Shown piece by piece: positions 35,613-45,656 of a stretch of DNA of 64,000 nt. The notes below the pieces were generated by a model. The model made no database searches and was not told the DNA's origin. It worked only from the letters and a program-made list of their open reading frames with translations. The DNA lies in contig JBBTTA010000001.1 in the NCBI GenBank assembly GCA_038064475.1, forward strand, positions 111,086 to 175,085, written 5' to 3'. How positions within the stretch are numbered: position 1 is the stretch's first letter; every line of letters starts with the position of its first letter. Source of the stretch: Patescibacteria group bacterium (GTDB taxonomy: Bacteria > Patescibacteriota > Minisyncoccia > Phycocordibacterales > EsbW-18). A program made the translations under genes and the position numbers.

Positions 35613-36866
35613 TTAACGTCGGTTTCGATTGTACGGCAGCTCGATAAACGTGAGTGCCTTACCTGCCTTTCCTGCGCGACCTGTTCGTCCAATACGGTGA
35701 ATGTAGTCTTCGTACGTTCCCGGCAAATCATAGTTAATAACGTGCGACACGTCGGCAATGTCGAGTCCTCGTGCGGCAACGTCCGTTGCCACAAGAATCG
35801 TCACGTGATTCTTTTTAAACTGTGTGAGTGCGCGCTGACGCTTTGCATGGTTCTTATCACCGTGAATAGATTCTGCCAAAAAACCATGTTTGATGAGATC
35901 TTTTGAAAGTGCTTCAACACCGTGCTTCGTGCGTCCAAAAATAAGCACTTTGTGAAAGCCCTCACCACGCAATACTTCAACAAGCTTCTCAAGCTTTCGC
36001 TCACCTTCTTTAAGACGGACAACGTCCTGATCAACGTTCTTTGCGGTGTCGCGTGTCTTCACCGATACCGTCACAGGATCTTTGAGGAATTGTGAAATGA
36101 GCGCAGTTATTTCTGGTGACATTGTCGCAGAGAAAAAGAGTGTGTGACGATCCTTTGGTGTTTTCGCCATCATGAACTTCACGTCCCCAATGAACCCCAT
36201 GTCGAGCATACGGTCTGCTTCGTCCAATACAACGCTTTGAAATCCCGAGAGATCAAGGTATCCGTGTTCAATCATATCCTTAAGACGTCCTGGTGTGCCG
36301 ATCACAACATGTGGGCGACGACGAAGTGCAATCAACTGTGGACGCATGGGTGCACCACCGACAATACATGCGGAATAAATATTGGTACCACGTGTAAATC
36401 CCCTGAGCTCCTCCTCAATTTGAATTGCGAGTTCGCGTGTTGGTACGATAACAAGCGCGCTTTGGTTACGCGTTGTAAATATTTTGTGAAGAAGGGGAAT
36501 AAGAAATGCTGCTGTCTTCCCTGTTCCTGTGTTTGCAATACCAACAACATCTTTTCCTTCGAGAATGTAAGGAATTGATTGATCCTGAATTGGTGTTGGG
36601 ATTGTGTAACCTTTTTTTTCAATCGCAGTCTTAATGCGCTCATCAATAACAAAATCATTAAATGAGTGCTTTGGCGCGATGACTTCTGCTTCTTCAATCA
36701 CTGACACTTTGTACACGAATTTTGATACGTCACTAAACGTTTGATCTTTGAATCGATTATGACCACTTTTTGGTGCACCAAATCGACGACCTCCTCCTCT
36801 AAAAGGTGGGCGCGTTGAACGTTGAAAACGGTTTTTGCCGCCTTGTGGGCGATGCTTTGTATACAT
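35613..36866 (-). CDS. DEAD-box ATP-dependent RNA helicase with an RG-rich N-terminal extension
   Basis: It has the motifs GTGKTAAF, DEAD, SAT and HRIGRTGRAG. The N-terminus reads RPPFRGGGRRFGAPKSG. Confidence 0.85.
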   Translation of the reverse strand: MYTKHRPQGGKNRFQRSTRPPFRGGGRRFGAPKSGHNRFKDQTFSDVSKFVYKVSVIEEAEVIAPKHSFNDFVIDERIKTAIEKKGYTIPTPIQDQSIPYILEGKDVVGIANTGTGKTAAFLIPLLHKIFTTRNQSALVIVPTRELAIQIEEELRGFTRGTNIYSACIVGGAPMRPQLIALRRRPHVVIGTPGRLKDMIEHGYLDLSGFQSVVLDEADRMLDMGFIGDVKFMMAKTPKDRHTLFFSATMSPEITALISQFLKDPVTVSVKTRDTAKNVDQDVVRLKEGERKLEKLVEVLRGEGFHKVLIFGRTKHGVEALSKDLIKHGFLAESIHGDKNHAKRQRALTQFKKNHVTILVATDVAARGLDIADVSHVINYDLPGTYEDYIHRIGRTGRAGKAGKALTFIELPYNRNRR

Positions 36867-37092
36867 ACGAAACTGATTTGACCTTTATGTGTCTGTAAGA
36901 CGGTCAAAATTCTCGTCAGTTTCGTTGTCGTTTCACTAAACTGGAAACGTATATCTCGTGCTTATTCGCACAAAGCCTGTTGGCAGAAACCTAGGAGAAA
37001 ACCTTACGTGAGAATAATAAACTATCTGAGACAGTATGTCAACCCCGCGTAAAGTAAGTTCAACAAGTAAGTGCCCCCTCTTTCCTACTTTT

Positions 37093-37111
37093 GGAGGCTA
37101 AGCCTCCAAAT
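37093..37111 (-). promoter_or_regulatory. hairpin motif UUGGAGGCUUAGCCUCCAA in the helicase 5' region; a second copy lies upstream of gyrA
   Basis: The identical 19-nt hairpin (an 8-bp stem with a 3-nt loop) occurs at 37093..37111 and 54835..54853. Both copies are upstream of minus-strand genes. Confidence 0.3.
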
Positions 37112-37160
37112 GATTAGACCCTCCGGTTTATGGGGTCAGACCGCATTTATCGCTCACCTC

Positions 37161-37198
37161 AAACATGCAAAGCCGCGTCTACCGAAGGCAGACGCGGC
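37161..37198 (-). terminator. rho-independent terminator after the 37225..37812 gene
   Basis: On the minus strand the hairpin GCCGCGUCU...AGACGCGGC is followed by UUUGCAUGUUU. Confidence 0.6.
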
Positions 37199-37224
37199 TC
37201 GACTCGATACCTGAAGTGTTTTTT

Positions 37225-37812
37225 CTACAGAAGACCATCAACAAAGTCTTCGACTTTGTTTTGATATCCAGCCTCACAGGCTTCCTTTGCCCATAAAAGA
37301 CCATCAGAGCCTGATTCCCTTGCAACGCGGCGCATAACATTCTTAAACACTGTTGAGCCCGGTTTTATGTTAAGCCCGTCCTTCAAGTACTTTTGAGCGC
37401 GGGCGGGAGCGGCCTCACACGTCACGTTGACTTGTATTTCTTCAAGTATAACGTCGACTGCATCTTCCGTGCTTGTAGCAATTTGTCCCGTGGTGCCGTG
37501 ACGCGCTGTCACGTAGAGCGTGTACGTTCCAGGGCCAACAACGTTCCACGGTAACGTGTAGGGTGATGTTGTGCCAACCATCAAAGGAAATGGATCGGCA
37601 TTAACCACCTCACTTACACCATTTACCCACAACGTAAGACTCTTCACCGATGCAATCGGACTATGCTCCACAACTCCTGTGACGTTATACGTTTGTGGGA
37701 ACGAATCAAACGTCAACGTCGGAACGGGATCAAGACTTACAATCGGTGTATGTGCGTGAACAACACCGACACTCAAGAACGCTAGAGCCAAACTCGCCAA
37801 TACAATTTTCAT
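37225..37812 (-). CDS. hypothetical secreted protein
   Basis: It has a signal peptide (MKIVLASLALAFLSVGVVHA) and a Thr/Val-rich, beta-rich body. Confidence 0.45.
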   Translation of the reverse strand: MKIVLASLALAFLSVGVVHAHTPIVSLDPVPTLTFDSFPQTYNVTGVVEHSPIASVKSLTLWVNGVSEVVNADPFPLMVGTTSPYTLPWNVVGPGTYTLYVTARHGTTGQIATSTEDAVDVILEEIQVNVTCEAAPARAQKYLKDGLNIKPGSTVFKNVMRRVARESGSDGLLWAKEACEAGYQNKVEDFVDGLL

Positions 37813-37907
37813 ACACAATATTTTTAAACTACTAATGCGCGCATAATACACATGAGTGCTCAAATTTATTTAAAGAAAAACCTCGACTGTATGTCGAGGT
37901 TTTTCTT

Positions 37908-40640
37908 TTACACTTCCTGATGTTTCGGTGTGGGCGCTGGTGCTTTCATTGATTTCGTGCGCGATGCTTTTCCTTTCTTCACAATTGTCATGATGAATTC
38001 GCGCTCGCCTTTTTCGTTTTCAGTCGGAGCAATATCAACAGACACTTTACCCCCTTCCAAAATTCCCTTCGATACCATAAGTTGTGCCACTTTCGTCAAA
38101 ATCTTGTCCTGAATAAGACGCTTCAATGGACGTGCGCCGTATGTTGGATTAAATCCTTTTTCAGCAAGATATTCAATCGTCGCAGGAGACACTTCAAGTT
38201 CAATCTCTTTTTCAGTAAGGCGCTTTGTGACATTCTTAATCTGAATTTCAACGATGCGTGCAATAGCTTCTTTCGGCAAAATATTGAAGACAAGAATTTC
38301 ATCAAGACGGTTCAAGAATTCTGGGCGGAACTGATCACGAAGTGCTTCCATAACTTTATCGCGAACGTTCATGTTTGATTGTTCATGTGCGTCTGACGAA
38401 CCAAATCCAATCGCATGCATGCGATCGAGGTACTGTGCACCAACATTTGATGTCATAATAACAACGGTATTTTTGAAATTCACAACGCGCCCTTTTGCGT
38501 CAGTCAAACGTCCATCATCCAATACCTGTAAGAGAACGTTGAAGACTTCGGGGTGTGCCTTTTCAATTTCATCAAAGAGAATCACGCTGTAGGGTCGGTG
38601 ACGAACGAGTTCTGTCATTGAACCACCTTCTTCGTGTCCGACATATCCCGGAGGCGCACCAATCACTTTTGACACCGAGTGGCGTTCCATGTATTCAGAC
38701 ATGTCGATGCGGATGAGTGCTTTCTCATCGTCAAACATAAATTCAGCAAGCGCTTTCGCAAGTTCAGTTTTACCAACACCGGTTGGACCAAGAAACATAA
38801 ATGACCCAATCGGACGATTAGGGTCTGCAATACCTGCGCGTGAACGCTTCACGGCATTTGCAATTTTTTCAACCGCTTCATCCTGACCAATGACACGCTC
38901 TTTCAAGACATCTTCCATACGTGAAAGTTTCTCCGCTTCGCTTTCAAGCATGCGTGCGACAGGAACACCCGTCCAACGTGCAACAATTTCAGCAATCTCT
39001 TGTTCAGTTACTTCTTCTTTCAAAATACGACGAGATTTTTGCAAACGTTTCAAACGAGCGTCTTTTGTCTGCAATTCTTTTTCAAGAGCAGGGATGTGGC
39101 CGTAACGAATTTCTGCAGCACGTGCAAGATCTGCTGTTGCTTCGGCAGCTTCAGCCTCGAGACGCTCGCGTTCAAGCGATTTCTTAATATCTTTAATTTC
39201 AGTTATCGTTCCTTTTTCGTTCTTCCATTTAAGTTCAATTTCACTGATTGTTTCCTTGAGGTCAGCAATCCCTTTTTCAATAGCTTTCGTACGTGTCTTT
39301 GCTTTTGCCGCCTTGTCGCTCTTGCCCGCTGCTTCGTTTTTCAAAGCCTCGCGTTCAATTTCAAGAAGCATAATGGCACGGTGCGTCTCTTCAAGAATTG
39401 GTGGCTTGTTTTCAAGCGAAATACGGAGTGCTGATGATGCTTCGTCGATAAGATCGACGGCTTTGTCAGGCAAAAATCGCTCACTGATGTAGCGGCTTGA
39501 AAGGTTTGCTGCGGCAATGAGTGCATCATCAGTGATTTTGACACCGTGGTACAACTCATACTTTTCTTTGAGACCTCGCAAAATAGCAACGGTATCCTCA
39601 ATCGATGGCTCGTTGATATAGACCGGTTGGAAGCGACGTGTGAGTGCGGGATCTTTTTCAATGTGACGCTGGAATTCTTTAAGCGTTGTTGCACCAATCG
39701 CGCGAAGCTCGCCGCGAGCGAGTGCGGGCTTCAACATGTTTGACGCATCCATTGCGCCGTCTGCGGCGCCCGCACCAACGATCGTATGAATCTCATCAAT
39801 GAAGAGAACAATTTTGCCATCTGCTTTTTCGATTTCCTTCACAATCGCTTTCAAACGTTCTTCAAATTCTCCACGATATTTTGTTCCGGCAATCAACGAA
39901 CCCAAATCGAGTGAAACGAGATCTCTGTCTTTGAGTGATTCAGGGATATCGCCTGATGCGATACGCTGTGCAAGCCCTTCGACGACTGCAGTTTTTCCGA
40001 CGCCAGCTTCACCAATCAAAATAGGATTGTTTTTTGTGCGACGAGAAAGAATTTGAATGATGCGATTGATTTCTTTATCGCGACCAATTACGGGATCGAG
40101 TTTATTTTCTTTTGCGAGGTGTGTGAGACTTCGTGTGTAGCGTGCAAGTGCGCGCGGCTTCTTTGTCGTACCATGTGCTTCGTGTGTCGCGTGCTTTTCG
40201 CGCAACTCTTTCAAGATGCGTGTGACGTTTTCTTTTTCAATCTTAAATCGTGACAACACATCACGTACGTCATCAGACGCTTCAAGTGCAGCAATAAAGA
40301 GGTGCTCGGTTGAAATAAACTGGTCAGAGAATGACGACGCAACTTGTGCTGATGCTTCAAGAGACTTCGCCAATTCCTGCGTCAAATACATTTGGTATGA
40401 CGGTGCAATCATGGGACCGTTTTCAGGTGCCTCAATTGCTTCAAGGAGTGCGTCGGTAAGAGAAATCGTATCGACTTCGAGTTTGTCCAAAATAGACGCA
40501 ACCATTGATTCTTCCTGCAAAATCAACGCCGTGACGAGGTGTACGACGTTTACATTGCTCTGACCACGCTCTATAGCGAGTTCATGAGCTTTTTTGATGG
40601 CCTCTTTGGCCTTTGTAGTGAAGTTTTTAAATGGAGGCAT
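37908..40640 (-). CDS. clpB: ATP-dependent chaperone ClpB
   Basis: It has two AAA+ modules with Walker A GEAGVGKT and GPTGVGKT, plus a long middle coiled-coil typical of ClpB. Confidence 0.85.
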   Translation of the reverse strand: MPPFKNFTTKAKEAIKKAHELAIERGQSNVNVVHLVTALILQEESMVASILDKLEVDTISLTDALLEAIEAPENGPMIAPSYQMYLTQELAKSLEASAQVASSFSDQFISTEHLFIAALEASDDVRDVLSRFKIEKENVTRILKELREKHATHEAHGTTKKPRALARYTRSLTHLAKENKLDPVIGRDKEINRIIQILSRRTKNNPILIGEAGVGKTAVVEGLAQRIASGDIPESLKDRDLVSLDLGSLIAGTKYRGEFEERLKAIVKEIEKADGKIVLFIDEIHTIVGAGAADGAMDASNMLKPALARGELRAIGATTLKEFQRHIEKDPALTRRFQPVYINEPSIEDTVAILRGLKEKYELYHGVKITDDALIAAANLSSRYISERFLPDKAVDLIDEASSALRISLENKPPILEETHRAIMLLEIEREALKNEAAGKSDKAAKAKTRTKAIEKGIADLKETISEIELKWKNEKGTITEIKDIKKSLERERLEAEAAEATADLARAAEIRYGHIPALEKELQTKDARLKRLQKSRRILKEEVTEQEIAEIVARWTGVPVARMLESEAEKLSRMEDVLKERVIGQDEAVEKIANAVKRSRAGIADPNRPIGSFMFLGPTGVGKTELAKALAEFMFDDEKALIRIDMSEYMERHSVSKVIGAPPGYVGHEEGGSMTELVRHRPYSVILFDEIEKAHPEVFNVLLQVLDDGRLTDAKGRVVNFKNTVVIMTSNVGAQYLDRMHAIGFGSSDAHEQSNMNVRDKVMEALRDQFRPEFLNRLDEILVFNILPKEAIARIVEIQIKNVTKRLTEKEIELEVSPATIEYLAEKGFNPTYGARPLKRLIQDKILTKVAQLMVSKGILEGGKVSVDIAPTENEKGEREFIMTIVKKGKASRTKSMKAPAPTPKHQEV

Positions 40641-40695
40641 ATTGGTGAATATACGCTTCTAAAAATATACTACATTAATCGGCTTCGGTCAATCC

Positions 40696-41445
40696 TTACT
40701 GAACGATCGGCGCAAACGTCATATCGCTACCGTTTGCAATGAGTCCCACCACCCTGCCTTCTATATCAACAAGTGGGCTCCCTGGTACTAAACTCCCTCC
40801 CGACACTCCCGCACGAACCAGTGGTCCTCCCTCCGTTTCAGGTATAAGTTCAGCAACAATGCCTGCAGATACCGTTAATGAGGCCCCCCCACCGACTGCA
40901 ATGACTGTTTCTCCCAACACAAGCGTTGTAAAAGCTGAGAATGATGCGGGTAAAAGTGTCGCAACATCTAAGTCTTCGCGTGACTGCATTTTCAAGGTGC
41001 CCTGACCATCGTTTTGTGACGCGAGCACGGTTGCAGAAATTTCTCGAGTATCGTTGAGAACAACGACATATCGGTTTCGCTCATTGAGCGCGTTCGCCGT
41101 CATCACGGTGCCTTGTGTGTCCGTGATAATACCAAGCGCTACAAATTGTTTTATGTCGTTACTCTGAACACGATACACACGCACAATTGATGGCAATGCC
41201 TTTTCGATAGCTTGAGAAATAAGCTCACCTTCACGCACAATGACCGTCGTCTCCTGTTCTGTAGCAGAACCTTGAATAATCGTTTCGATTGGTTGTTCAA
41301 TGATGCGGCTGATGACACGTGTGATGTCTGCGGGCGCTTTTTCTATCAACGACACGGTAACAATGCCCGTCGCAACTGAGGTGACAAACGAGATAAGAAG
41401 TGTAAGAAGAATTGCTTGATTAGGAGTGAGCTTCTCAAGTTCCAT
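40696..41445 (-). CDS. membrane-anchored HtrA/DegP-like trypsin-fold domain protein, possibly catalytically degenerate
   Basis: It has an N-terminal TM helix and a GVSGGSLV...VDIEGRVVGLIANG serine-protease-like C-terminus. The region expected to carry the catalytic histidine reads MTANALNE, with no His. Confidence 0.45.
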   Translation of the reverse strand: MELEKLTPNQAILLTLLISFVTSVATGIVTVSLIEKAPADITRVISRIIEQPIETIIQGSATEQETTVIVREGELISQAIEKALPSIVRVYRVQSNDIKQFVALGIITDTQGTVMTANALNERNRYVVVLNDTREISATVLASQNDGQGTLKMQSREDLDVATLLPASFSAFTTLVLGETVIAVGGGASLTVSAGIVAELIPETEGGPLVRAGVSGGSLVPGSPLVDIEGRVVGLIANGSDMTFAPIVQ

Positions 41446-41470
41446 AGAATGCTAGTATACCACAAGTACG

Positions 41471-42637
41471 TTATGAAATGATGTCAGACAAGACGCTCAT
41501 AAGTACGTCAATATCTTCACGTGTTGTGCTGTATCCAAATGAAAAACGAATCGTATTATTTGCATGCTCGCGATCAAATGCAGCGATGACATATGAACCT
41601 TCTCCCCCACCTGAAAGACATGCACTCTTCGCAGATGCAGCAATACCGTGTTCACTCAGCTGTGCAACAAGAAATTCTCCTTCAGATCCTGGAAATGTTA
41701 CGTTAACAATTCCCCCTGCGCATTCTGTTTTTTCTCCATTCACAATACACTCAGAAAATCGTTCGTGAATTCTTTTAATCAAATATGTCGAGAGTGCATT
41801 GAAATGCAACGCTGTTTCTTCGTAACGTTTCTGTGCGAGTGTTAACGCTTTTTCTAAGCCAACAATTGCTCCTGTGTTTGGTGTTGCACCTTCATAACCA
41901 GAACGCCCATGAAGCACGCCACAGAGCCCCACATAGGGCACACCAGTACGAACAAAGAGTAGTCCTGAACCAGCAGGACCGTACATCTTGTATGCATCTA
42001 GCGTTACAAGATCCGCGCCGAGCTTTTTCATATCGAGACGTATCGTCAATGGCGCCTGTGTTGCGTCGGTGTGCAGAAGTGGTGTCTGTCCGTGGCTTGT
42101 TTTCCGTTTTTCTCGAATGATTTTTGCAATCTCTTCAATTGGTTGTACCGTACCGATTTCATTATTCACCAACATCACCGAGACAAGCACGGTGTTGTCT
42201 TGAATAAGTTCTTGTAGTTTTGTTACATCAACAACACCTTCTGTGGTAACTGGTGCAAAAGAAACAGAGAGTCCGCGTCGCGCGAACATTTCTGCACATG
42301 CGCGCACTGATGAATGCTCCAACATCGAGACAACAACATGCATGTTTGAAAGTTCGCGGCCAGAGTCCTGAAGAGCGTTTACAACACCCCACAATGCCCG
42401 CATGTTTGCGTCTGTGCCGCCCGATGTGAAATACAGTTCGTCTTGAGACGCGTTCAAAAGTTTTCCAATTGAAGCGCGCGCTTCTTCAATCACTTCTTTG
42501 TTTGCAACACCGTCACGATGGAGCGCACGGGGGTTCGCAAATCGTTCACGGAAAAAAGGCTGCATTGCCGCATCAACATCTCCATGCAGTGGTGTTCCCG
42601 AAGCGTAGTCGAGATAGATGACTGGTCGCTCTTTCAT
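41471..42637 (-). CDS. cysteine desulfurase (class V aminotransferase, NifS/IscS-like)
   Basis: It begins VIYLDYASGTP and has a PLP-lysine region. The start is set at MKERPVIY; the ORF-track extension overlaps infB. Confidence 0.8.
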   Translation of the reverse strand: MKERPVIYLDYASGTPLHGDVDAAMQPFFRERFANPRALHRDGVANKEVIEEARASIGKLLNASQDELYFTSGGTDANMRALWGVVNALQDSGRELSNMHVVVSMLEHSSVRACAEMFARRGLSVSFAPVTTEGVVDVTKLQELIQDNTVLVSVMLVNNEIGTVQPIEEIAKIIREKRKTSHGQTPLLHTDATQAPLTIRLDMKKLGADLVTLDAYKMYGPAGSGLLFVRTGVPYVGLCGVLHGRSGYEGATPNTGAIVGLEKALTLAQKRYEETALHFNALSTYLIKRIHERFSECIVNGEKTECAGGIVNVTFPGSEGEFLVAQLSEHGIAASAKSACLSGGGEGSYVIAAFDREHANNTIRFSFGYSTTREDIDVLMSVLSDIIS

Positions 42638-42741
42638 ACACGCATTGTAATGCGAAACACTCAGCCCCGCACTTGGTATTTTTGATATTTTATTGTATAG
42701 TAAGAGTCCTATGACCTCGGCAACGGTCGGATATACACCAT

Positions 42742-44238
42742 ATGACAACGTCTCACGAAAAATCGTCGCGCCCACCTGTCCTTGTCGTGCTTGGTCACGT
42801 TGACCACGGTAAGTCCAGCCTCCTTGATTACGTTCGCAAATCAAACATCGTCGCGGGTGAAGCGGGTGGTATTACCCAACACACAGCTGCCTACGAAGTT
42901 GTTCATAAAGATTCGTCAAAAAAAGACCAGAAAATAACGTTCATCGACACACCTGGCCACGAAGCATTCGGCGCACAACGAAAGCGTGGCGCCGCTTTGG
43001 CTGATATTGCAGTTCTTGTTGTATCCGCAGAAGACGGTGTGAAGGCACAAACAAAAGACGCCCTTTCTGCAATCATTGCGTCAAACATTCCCTACATCGT
43101 TGCAATCAATAAAATCGATTTGCCTGCGGCAAATGTTGAACGAACACTCGGCACGCTTCTTGAAAATGAAATCTACGTTGAAGGACGTGGCGGTACTGTT
43201 CCCTTCGTTCCGATAAGTGCAAAAACTGGTGAAGGCGTTCCTGAACTCCTTGATATGGTGTTGCTCTTGGCCGAGGTGAATCAATACACAGGTGAAGCGA
43301 AAAAGCTTGCCGAAGGTATCATTGTCGAATCACATCGCGATCCGAAGCGTGGTATCTCTGCAACATTCATTATTCGTGAAGGAACGCTCGATGTTGGTAT
43401 GGCAGTTGCTTCAAGCGGTGCGTACGCTCCTGTACGCAGTATTCTCGATCACACAGGTGTTCAACTTAAGACTGCAACCATGTGTGCGCCGGTGACGGTG
43501 GTCGGCTGGAGTGCATTGCCTTCAGTTGGTGAGATTGTTGTCTCGTTTGAAAAGAAGAAAGACGCTGAAAGCTATGCGGACGAACACCGCATCTCCCCTG
43601 TTGCACAAACTGCCGCATCTGAAGATGCAGACATGGCAATCCTCCCTATCATCATCAAAGCAGACGTAATGGGTTCTCTCGATGCTCTTCGACACGAAAT
43701 CAATAAAATTAAAGATGATCGACTCACTATTAAAATCATCAGTGCTGATGTGGGTGCGATTGGCGAAAATGATATTAAACGCGCTGGTGGTGATGCGCGA
43801 ACCGTTATTCTTGGCTTCAACACATCAATTGAAGACAGCACGCGAGAACAAGCGGAACGTGCAGGCATTGAAATTCACACAGAAACAATCATCTACAAAC
43901 TTGGTGAATGGCTCACCGAGCTCATGCAAACTCGCCGTCCAAAACAAATGGAAGAAGTGGTGCATGGCAAAGCAAAACTCTTGCGTATCTTTAGTAAGTT
44001 ACGTACGAAGCAAGTGATCGGTGCGCGTGTTGATGATGGTGCGATCGGACTTGGTGATACCGTAACCATTCTCCGCCGAGGGGAGCCAATTGGTCACGGA
44101 AAAATTATTGAGCTCCAGAAAAATCGAAATAATGTAAAAGAAGTTGAGCAAGGTTCTGAATTCGGTGCAAAGATTGATAGCAGTGTTGAAGTTGCGGTCG
44201 GAGATGAGTTGTCAGCATTTACTCACATTGAGCAATAA
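42742..44238 (+). CDS. infB: translation initiation factor IF-2, short form lacking the long N-terminal region
   Basis: It has the G domain [17 protein letters not shown] and DTPGHEAF. It is immediately followed by rbfA, which is the conserved gene order. Confidence 0.85.
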   Translation: MTTSHEKSSRPPVLVVLGHVDHGKSSLLDYVRKSNIVAGEAGGITQHTAAYEVVHKDSSKKDQKITFIDTPGHEAFGAQRKRGAALADIAVLVVSAEDGVKAQTKDALSAIIASNIPYIVAINKIDLPAANVERTLGTLLENEIYVEGRGGTVPFVPISAKTGEGVPELLDMVLLLAEVNQYTGEAKKLAEGIIVESHRDPKRGISATFIIREGTLDVGMAVASSGAYAPVRSILDHTGVQLKTATMCAPVTVVGWSALPSVGEIVVSFEKKKDAESYADEHRISPVAQTAASEDADMAILPIIIKADVMGSLDALRHEINKIKDDRLTIKIISADVGAIGENDIKRAGGDARTVILGFNTSIEDSTREQAERAGIEIHTETIIYKLGEWLTELMQTRRPKQMEEVVHGKAKLLRIFSKLRTKQVIGARVDDGAIGLGDTVTILRRGEPIGHGKIIELQKNRNNVKEVEQGSEFGAKIDSSVEVAVGDELSAFTHIEQ

Positions 44239-44239
44239 T

Positions 44240-44554
44240 ATGCACGAAGGAACACGAGAAGAAACATTTGCGCATCTTGCTGCAGAGTTTATCAATCGAG
44301 AATCAAACCGCGAATCACTTATTACCGTCACGCGCGTGATGTCGTCAACGGACAGCAAACGTGCTGATGTCTACATCACTGTACTCCCTGACACACGCGT
44401 TCCTGAGGCCCTCGACTTTTTGAAACGTAAACGAAGTGAGTTCCGTGAATTCGTAAAAACACATACGCGCGGACGTTCAGTTCCAACATTTGATTTTGTG
44501 TTTGATGTTGGTGAAAAAAACCGACAAGAAATCGAAGCATTGTCACAACATTGA
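44240..44554 (+). CDS. rbfA: ribosome-binding factor A
   Basis: 104 aa beginning MHEGTREETFAHLAAEFINRESNRESLITVTRV, which resembles RbfA. It sits directly downstream of infB. Confidence 0.7.
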   Translation: MHEGTREETFAHLAAEFINRESNRESLITVTRVMSSTDSKRADVYITVLPDTRVPEALDFLKRKRSEFREFVKTHTRGRSVPTFDFVFDVGEKNRQEIEALSQH

Positions 44555-44625
44555 GGCACGGGCGGGAATCGAACCCGCGCATGACGGTTTTGCAGACCGT
44601 AGTGTTACCACTTCACCACCGTGCC
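44554..44625 (-). tRNA. tRNA-Cys (anticodon GCA)
   Basis: On the minus strand: acceptor GGCACGG/CCGTGCC, anticodon loop CTGCAAA and T-arm GCGGG-TTCGATT-CCCGC. Confidence 0.85.
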
Positions 44626-44670
44626 ATGATTGTGTACAGAGTATCTCTATTTTGGTATTTTGGGAAGCAA

Positions 44671-44753
44671 GCTGGGGTGGCGAAATGGTATACGCGACAG
44701 ACTTAAGATCTGTTGTCCGCAAGGACGTGAGGGTTCGATCCCCTCTCCCAGCA
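44671..44753 (+). tRNA. tRNA-Leu (anticodon TAA), class II
   Basis: Acceptor GCTGGGG/TCCCAGC (with one G-U pair), anticodon loop CTTAAGA, long variable arm and T-arm GAGGG-TTCGATC-CCCTC. Confidence 0.9.
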
Positions 44754-44766
44754 CTAAAATTGTTGA

Positions 44767-44799
44767 GACGAACACATGTGTTCGTCGATTACTATTTTT
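44767..44799 (+). terminator. terminator after tRNA-Leu(TAA)
   Basis: The palindrome gacgaacacatgtgttcgtc is followed by gattactattttt. Confidence 0.6.
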
Positions 44800-44919
44800 G
44801 CTGGGAGAGGGGATCGAAGGCGAGTGCGGGCGCCTTGTCAGCAGACAAGGTCGCATGAGCAGGACTGAGAGGAATGAGGAGCGACGGCGACGAATGAGCT
44901 CTTGGTCTGAGCCCCTCTC
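44800..44919. repeat. tRNA-Leu 3'-flank structured element, copy 2 of 3
   Basis: It starts with gctgggagaggggatcgaa, the exact reverse complement of this tRNA's 3' half. The core is about 90% identical to copy 1. It ends with cccctctc, which pairs with gagagggg in the first segment. Confidence 0.5.
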
Positions 44920-44968
44920 TTAAAATATAAATTGCGAATAGAGCGTTATTTTAGTAGGATACAAACAC

Positions 44969-45040
44969 CCATCCGTAGCTCAATGGTAGAGCAGCTCCCT
45001 CTTAAGGAGTTGGTTGTAGGTTCGACTCCTACCGGGTGGA
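44969..45040 (+). tRNA. tRNA-Lys (anticodon CTT)
   Basis: Acceptor CCATCCG/CGGGTGG, D-arm GCTC-AATGGTA-GAGC, anticodon loop CTCTTAA and T-arm GTAGG-TTCGACT-CCTAC. Confidence 0.85.
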
Positions 45041-45130
45041 CTTTCAAAGAAAGTCCTGCATATTAGAGTGTGCGGAGCACATTCTACTCCGGCAAGCTTT
45101 GCCTGATTCGCGTTCTGACGCGACAAAGCT

Positions 45131-45224
45131 TACCGGGTGGACAAGTGAGCCGGTATCGATGAGCTTGCTTATCGGAAACGGCGAGCGCGGACACTCGGTA
45201 TCCTATACCGGGTGGACAAGTGAG
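45131..45224 (+). repeat. two 19-nt direct repeats (taccgggtggacaagtgag) that copy the 3' end of tRNA-Lys; they resemble att-site remnants
   Basis: The 12-nt core taccgggtggac is present at the tRNA 3' end (45030..45041) and again at 45131..45149 and 45206..45224. Confidence 0.5.
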
Positions 45225-45246
45225 TTTTAGTCGCCTGCTCACGTTC

Positions 45247-45328
45247 GGGCGAGTGGCGAAATTGGTAGACGCGCCAGCCTTAGGAGCTGGTGGAGCAATC
45301 CTTGGAGGTTCGAGTCCTCTCTCGCCCA
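45247..45328 (+). tRNA. tRNA-Leu (anticodon TAG), class II
   Basis: Acceptor GGGCGAG/CTCGCCC, anticodon loop CTTAGGA, long variable arm and T-arm GGAGG-TTCGAGT-CCTCT. Confidence 0.9.
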
Positions 45329-45335
45329 CACATAC

Positions 45336-45368
45336 AAAAACAACGCCAGTTTATTGGCGTTGTTTTTG
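45336..45368 (+). terminator. terminator after tRNA-Leu(TAG)
   Basis: The hairpin aaaaacaacgcc-agtttatt-ggcgttgttttt is present. Confidence 0.6.
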
Positions 45369-45384
45369 TATGTGCTGACGAAAA

Positions 45385-45495
45385 CGAGAGAGGACTCGAA
45401 GGACGGAGCGGTGTTGCAGAAGCTTCTGCAACCGCGAGTCCGTGCCTAGCCCGAACCGAGCGACGGCGAGGTGAGAGGCGAAGGAGAGTCCTCTT
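45385..45495. repeat. tRNA-Leu 3'-flank structured element, copy 3 of 3 (the divergent member)
   Basis: It starts with cgagagaggactcgaa, the reverse complement of this tRNA's 3' half. It shares gagcgacggcga with the other copies. Its internal hairpin gttgcagaagcttctgcaac replaces the ccttgtcagcagacaagg hairpin of copies 1 and 2. It ends with gagtcctct, which pairs with agaggactc. Confidence 0.45.
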
Positions 45496-45656
45496 CCCTT
45501 TCAAGCCCCTGTTAAGCCTTTATTTTTGGCCATATAGCTTGACTTTTTGGGTGAAAGTGCTATAATCGTCGGCAGAGTTGGGAACGTGTGTTCCCTAAAG
45601 TTCTTCGTCAACCTAGAGTCAAAACAAACTTCCCTATTGGGAAAGGAGATACAAAA

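Noticed and set aside
45041-45246. Additional tRNA between tRNA-Lys and tRNA-Leu(TAG)
   Set aside because: The repeated taccgggtggac segments are only 3'-end fragments. No cloverleaf with D and anticodon arms can be drawn.
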